From contig JBBRLQ010000018.1 of the NCBI GenBank assembly GCA_038231275.1, positions 32,001 through 96,000 of the forward strand: DNA of 64,000 bases, in the 5' to 3' direction. The notes beneath the pieces were generated by a model, which made no database searches, was not told the DNA's origin, and saw only the letters and a list, made by a program, of their open reading frames with translations. Position numbers and translations under genes: made by a program. Source of the DNA: Polyangiales bacterium (GTDB taxonomy: Bacteria > Myxococcota_A > Polyangia > Polyangiales > Polyangiaceae). This document shows, piece after piece, positions 60,201 to 64,000 of this stretch (its first letter is position 1; every line of letters begins with the position of its first letter).

Positions 60201-60361
60201 TCGTCGGCGGGCTCATCATCTCGCAGATCCTGACGCTCTACACGACGCCGGTGATCTACCTCTACATGTCGCGCGTGTCGGCGTTCTTCTCGAAGGGGCG
60301 GACCGCGCCGCTCGAGCACGTGGAGCAGCCGGCCGCGGAGCCGATGGGGACGGGCGAGTGA
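57227..60361 (+). CDS. mdtB: RND transporter (MdtB-like)
   Basis: FIRRPVATTL, PLERQFGQMP, GFVVDDAIVMIENI, GIVKKNAIMMIDF; TTG start overlaps stop. Confidence 0.9.
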   Translation: MSISEPFIRRPVATTLLMFGVLLAGIVGFRQLPVSALPQVDYPTIQVATYLPGASAETMVSAVTTPLERQFGQMPALAQMTSVSSFGSSQITLQFTLQRNIDAAEQDVQAAINAASSLLPRTLPVPPVYSKANPADTPILTMSVSSDTLPLNEVDDVADSILAQKISQVSGVGLVTINGGQKPAVRVQVDPQALAGSGLSLEEVRLALVAANVNQPKGTIDGPRQSFTIATNDQLFKAAAFKPLVLAYKNGAPVRLVDVANVSDGVENSQLAGWSNEKRAIIMNVQRQPGANVIEVADRIKALLPQLQASLPPGIEVKIVSDRTETVRASVEDVEKTLALTIALVVGVIYIFLRNIRATVIPGVAVPLSLVGTFGIMYLLGYSLNNLSLMALTISTGFVVDDAIVMIENIARYIEHGDPPFVAALKGAKQIGFTIVSLTVSLVAVLIPLLFMGGIIGRLFREFAVTLAVAIAVSAVLSLTLTAMMCAHMLKPEPPPSERGWFYRTSERGFDAVLALYDRGLKVVLRHQLTTLLVTLGTVAFTVYLAWVVPKGFFPQQDTGLILGVSEAPAEVSFPRMLGLQRALADVIMKDPDVENVASFIGSDGTNPTTNSGRLSITLKPRDQRSASADEVIQRLKPHLAAVEGVEAYLQSVQDLQIDTRVGRTQFQYTLEDADAKELATWAPQMLAKLRTLPSLRDVASDQQTTGLQMSVTIDRDTASRLGISPQLIDDTLYDAFGQRQISTIFTQLNLYRVVLEVKPEFQDRPEALQQIYVRAQSGEQVPLSAFVKLSHTSAPLAISHQGQFPAITLSFNVADGVALGQAVEAIHAAEADLGLPPGVHASFQGTAQAFKESLASEPILILAALITVYIVLGILYESYIHPVTILSTLPSAGVGALLALMICRVEFSVIALIGIILLIGIVKKNAIMMIDFALEAERDHGLTPEQSIYQACLLRFRPIMMTTAAALLGGIPLALGTGTGSELRQPLGITIVGGLIISQILTLYTTPVIYLYMSRVSAFFSKGRTAPLEHVEQPAAEPMGTGE

Positions 60362-63300
60362 GCATCTCGTCGCCGTTCATAAAGCGTCCGATCGCGACGA
60401 CGCTGCTCGCGATGGCGATCCTCATCGCGGGCATCGCCGCGTACACGCAGCTGCCGGTGTCGCCGCTGCCCGCCGTGGCTTTCCCGACGATTTCGGTGAG
60501 CGCGGCGCTGCCGGGGGCGAGCCCGGAGACGATGGCGTCGTCCGTGGCGACGCCGCTCGAGCGGAGGTTCGGGCGCATCGCCGGCATCACCGAGATCACT
60601 TCGACGAGCTCGCTCGGCAACACGCAGCTGACGCTCCAGTTCGATCTGGGGCGCGATACGGACTCGGCGGGGCGCGACGTGCAAGCGGCGATCGCGGCGG
60701 CGGGAGGCGAGCTGCCGCCCAACATGCCGTTCCGCCCGACGTACCGAAAGGTGAACCCCTCCGACACGCCCATCCTCATCCTCGCGCTCACGAGCGACAC
60801 GATCCCGCTCGCGCAGGTGTACGACGCGGCGAACACGGTGCTGGCGCAGAAGATCGCGCAGGTGCCGGGGGTCGGTCAGGTGTTCATCGGCGGAGGGCAG
60901 CAGCCGGCGGTGCGCGTGCAGGCCGATCCGGTGGCGCTCGCTGGCATCGGGCTGAGCCTCGAGGATCTGCGAGCGACGATCGCGTCGTCCACGATCGACG
61001 CGCCAAAGGGGAGCCTCGTCGGTGCGTCGCAAGCGCACTCCATCGGCGCGAACGATCAGCTCCTCGGGGCCGCGGCGTTCGAGAAGCTCCTCCTCCCGAC
61101 GGCGCCCGGCAAGGGCACCGTCCGCCTCGGCGACGTCGCCGACGTGTTCGACGACGTCGAGAACAACCGCGTCGCCGGCTGGATGAACGGCACGCGCTCC
61201 GTCACCGTCATCATCCGCCGCCAGCCCGACGCGAACATCCTGGAGACGAGCGACCGGATCCGCGCGCTGCTCCCCTCCTTGATGACGTCGATCTCGCCGG
61301 CCATCAAGGTCGAGGTGGCGCTGAACCGCACGCAGACCATCCGCGCGAGCGTCAAGGACGTCGAGGTCACCCTCGGGATCAGCGTCGGGCTCGTCATCGT
61401 CGTGGTGTTCACGTTCTTGCGCTCGGTCCGAAGCACCGCGATTCCGAGCGTGGCGGTGCCCCTGTCGCTCGTCGGCACGTTCGGCGTCATGTACTTGCTG
61501 CATTACAGCGTGGACAACCTGTCCTTGATGGCGCTGACCATCTCGACCGGCTTCGTCGTCGACGACGCCATCGTCGTGACCGAGAACATCTCGCGGCACA
61601 TTGAGCTCGGGATGTCGCCGCGCGATGCGGCGTTCAAGGGAGCAAGAGAGGTCGGGTTCACGATCGTGTCGATCACGTGCTCGCTTCTCGCCGTCTTCAT
61701 CCCGATCCTGATGATGGGCGGCGTCGTCGGTCGCCTCTTCCGTGAGTTTGCCGTGACGCTCAGCGTCGCCGTCGCGCTGTCGGCGGTCGTCTCGCTCACG
61801 CTGACGCCCATGATGTGCGCGCGAATGTTGCGCCACGACACCGGAGGGCACGGCCGCCTCTACAACGCGTCGGAGTGGGTGTTCCAAGGTCTCCTTGACG
61901 CATACGCGCGGAGCCTCGACTGGGTGCTGCGGCACCAGTTCATCATGCAGATCGCCACGCTCGCGACGGTCGCCGCGACGGTGTGGCTCTTCATCATCGT
62001 GCCGAAGGGGCTCTTCCCGCAGCAGGACAACGGGCTCCTCATAGGCTTCAGCGACGCGCCGCAGGACGTGTCGTTCGCGTCGATGAAGGCGCGGCAATCG
62101 GCGCTCAACGCGGCGCTCGACGGCGATCCCGACGTGGCGCACTACGTCTCGTTCATCGGCGCGGGCGGCTTCGGCGGCGCGGGAAACACCGGCACCGTGT
62201 TCATCGATCTCCGTCCCCGGCCGCCGCGCAAGGCGAGCGCCGACGAGGTCATCGCGCGCTTGCGACCCAAGCTCGCGAAGGTCCCCGGCATCACCCTCTA
62301 CATGCAAGCGGCGCAGGACGTCCGCGTCGGAGGTCGCTTCGCGCGCACGCAGTACCAGTACACGGTGCAGGACGCCGACCTCGACGAGCTGCGCCTGTGG
62401 GCGCCCAAGCTCTTCGAGCGTTTGAAGAAGGTGCCCGAGCTGAAGGACGTCGCGACCGACCAGCAGACTGCCGGCCTCCAGCTCAACGTCGACATCGATC
62501 GCGACTCCGCGTCGCGCCTCGGCATCAACCCGCAAATGATCGACGACACGTTGTACGACGCGTTCGGGCAACGTCAGGTGGCGACGACGTTCACGCAGGC
62601 CAACCAGTACCGCGTCGTTCTCGAGGTGCTGCCGCGCTACCAGCAGTCGCCCGCCGCGCTGGACAGCATCTTCGTGAAGGCGGCCAACGGCAGCCAGACC
62701 CCGCTCAGCGGTCTCACGAAGATCTCGCGCGGCTCGGTTCCGTTGTCGGTGAACCACCAGGGGCAATTCCCGTCGGTCACGCTGTCCTTCAACCTGGCGC
62801 TCGACAAATCGCTCAGCGACGCGCTCGCCGCGGTGCACAAGGCCGAGCGCGACATCGGACTTCCCGGCAGCGTGCACGCGTCGTTCTCAGGCACCGCGCA
62901 GGCGTTCCAGGATTCGCTCGCGAGTCAGCCGATGCTGATCATCACCGCGCTGCTCGCCGTCTACATGGTGCTCGGCATCCTCTATGAGAGCTACGTCCAC
63001 CCCATCACGATCCTCTCGACGCTCCCATCGGCCGGCCTCGGCGCGCTCTTGGCGCTGCTGCTCTTCAAGGTGGAGCTGTCGATCATCGCGATCATCGGGA
63101 TGATCCTGCTCATCGGTATCGTGAAAAAGAACGCCATCATGATGGTCGACTTCGCGATCGAGGCGCGGCGTCACGGCGCGACGGCGGCGGAGGCCATTCG
63201 CGAGGCGTGCGTCCTGCGATTTCGTCCCATCATGATGACGACGGCGGCGGCGCTCCTCGGCGGCTTGCCGCTCGCGCTGGGGACGGGGATGGGCTCCGAG

Positions 63301-63483
63301 CTGCGGCGGCCGCTCGGCATCACGATCGTCGGCGGCTTGCTCGTGTCGCAGGCGCTGACGCTCTTCACGACGCCGGTGATTTACCTCGCGCTCGATCGCT
63401 TCACGAAGAAGACGCGCGCACACGAAGAACCCCCCGCAACCGACGCCGCGCCCGCCGGCGATCTCGCGTACAAGAACCCATGA
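60358..63483 (+). CDS. mdtC: RND transporter (MdtC-like)
   Basis: FIKRPIATTL, PLERRFGRIAG, GFVVDDAIVV.ENI, GIVKKNAIMMVDF; GTGA overlap. Confidence 0.9.
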   Translation: MSISSPFIKRPIATTLLAMAILIAGIAAYTQLPVSPLPAVAFPTISVSAALPGASPETMASSVATPLERRFGRIAGITEITSTSSLGNTQLTLQFDLGRDTDSAGRDVQAAIAAAGGELPPNMPFRPTYRKVNPSDTPILILALTSDTIPLAQVYDAANTVLAQKIAQVPGVGQVFIGGGQQPAVRVQADPVALAGIGLSLEDLRATIASSTIDAPKGSLVGASQAHSIGANDQLLGAAAFEKLLLPTAPGKGTVRLGDVADVFDDVENNRVAGWMNGTRSVTVIIRRQPDANILETSDRIRALLPSLMTSISPAIKVEVALNRTQTIRASVKDVEVTLGISVGLVIVVVFTFLRSVRSTAIPSVAVPLSLVGTFGVMYLLHYSVDNLSLMALTISTGFVVDDAIVVTENISRHIELGMSPRDAAFKGAREVGFTIVSITCSLLAVFIPILMMGGVVGRLFREFAVTLSVAVALSAVVSLTLTPMMCARMLRHDTGGHGRLYNASEWVFQGLLDAYARSLDWVLRHQFIMQIATLATVAATVWLFIIVPKGLFPQQDNGLLIGFSDAPQDVSFASMKARQSALNAALDGDPDVAHYVSFIGAGGFGGAGNTGTVFIDLRPRPPRKASADEVIARLRPKLAKVPGITLYMQAAQDVRVGGRFARTQYQYTVQDADLDELRLWAPKLFERLKKVPELKDVATDQQTAGLQLNVDIDRDSASRLGINPQMIDDTLYDAFGQRQVATTFTQANQYRVVLEVLPRYQQSPAALDSIFVKAANGSQTPLSGLTKISRGSVPLSVNHQGQFPSVTLSFNLALDKSLSDALAAVHKAERDIGLPGSVHASFSGTAQAFQDSLASQPMLIITALLAVYMVLGILYESYVHPITILSTLPSAGLGALLALLLFKVELSIIAIIGMILLIGIVKKNAIMMVDFAIEARRHGATAAEAIREACVLRFRPIMMTTAAALLGGLPLALGTGMGSELRRPLGITIVGGLLVSQALTLFTTPVIYLALDRFTKKTRAHEEPPATDAAPAGDLAYKNP

Positions 63484-63887
63484 ACGCCATCACCGCGCTG
63501 CTCGGCTTCACCGCATGGTCGCTGCTGCTCGTCGCCGGCGTGTTCCTCTACCGCGGCGTGCGATTCTTGCAGGGTGCACCCATCAACGGGTGGCCGCGCG
63601 GCGGCAAGAGCGCGTCCGATGCGCCCATCGTCAAGCGCCTCGAGGACGCCCACGCCAACTGCCTGGAGAACCTGCCGGTCTTCGCGGTGATCGTCCTGGC
63701 TGCTGCGGCGCTCGGAAAATTGCCGGTGATCGACGCCATCGCGCCGTTCGCGCTCTACGCCCGCGTAGGACAGTCGATCGCGCACCTCTCGGGAACGGGC
63801 AAGCCGAACGTCTTCGTCCGCGCGACCTTCTGGTTCGCGCAGCTCGGTCTCTTCGGGTTCATGCTGGTGAAGCTCTTCGGCGCGTGA
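63480..63887 (+). CDS. MAPEG family membrane protein
   Basis: R..DAHANCLENLPVF, ARV..S..H; ATGA overlap with mdtC. Confidence 0.85.
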   Translation: MNAITALLGFTAWSLLLVAGVFLYRGVRFLQGAPINGWPRGGKSASDAPIVKRLEDAHANCLENLPVFAVIVLAAAALGKLPVIDAIAPFALYARVGQSIAHLSGTGKPNVFVRATFWFAQLGLFGFMLVKLFGA

Positions 63888-64000
63888 GTCGATTTCGAAC
63901 GGCGGGGACGCGGGCAGGTGCACCTCGCGAGGTTCATACGCCACGCTACGTGCGCGTAACCTCTGTGAGCTAGCGTGGTCCGGCACTTGCTGTTCAGCGG

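Noticed and set aside
58681..60357. Apparent 1600-aa RND protein, and similar N-terminal extensions on kinases, sppA, trx (39092..41242) and 43887..46112
   Set aside because: Extensions overlap upstream genes in another frame; recognisable domains begin at internal, usually stop-coupled starts
57227..63483. Similarity between the two RND genes as a recent duplication
   Set aside because: Ordinary MdtB/MdtC paralogy with substantial divergence
63954..63990. CGTAAC near the window end (and at 50384) as extra copies of the ECF promoter
   Set aside because: Lack the downstream CGAnACCTG element at the right spacing

Overview
High-GC chromosomal window that reads as a myxobacterium, probably Polyangiales/Sorangiineae-like. 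This is inferred from three Hanks-type kinases, an FHA-sigma54 activator, TPR/PEGA and Cys-rich 'DAG'-linker lipoproteins. About 55 tightly packed CDSs: envelope glycosyl/acyltransferases, an FHA-EBP/def/kinase locus, an acyl-CoA dehydrogenase pair, rplM-rpsI, a barrel-SppA fusion, a ClpS-domain fusion, two thioredoxins, a copper-monooxygenase-fold/pentaheme cytochrome pair, an ECF sigma factor, a sugar ABC transporter with a fused binding protein, and a sigma54 two-component system next to a TolC-MdtABC-MAPEG operon. I saw no tRNA, rRNA, CRISPR array or intact mobile element. Best candidate for a new system: a Cys-containing ECF sigma with no adjacent anti-sigma, divergent from a thioredoxin across two mirror-image 27-nt promoter-like motifs, each exactly 7 nt before a start codon. 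Many other genes also look leaderless. All product calls come from reading motifs by eye; no database searches were run. Start codons were adjusted from the ORF track and remain predictions.
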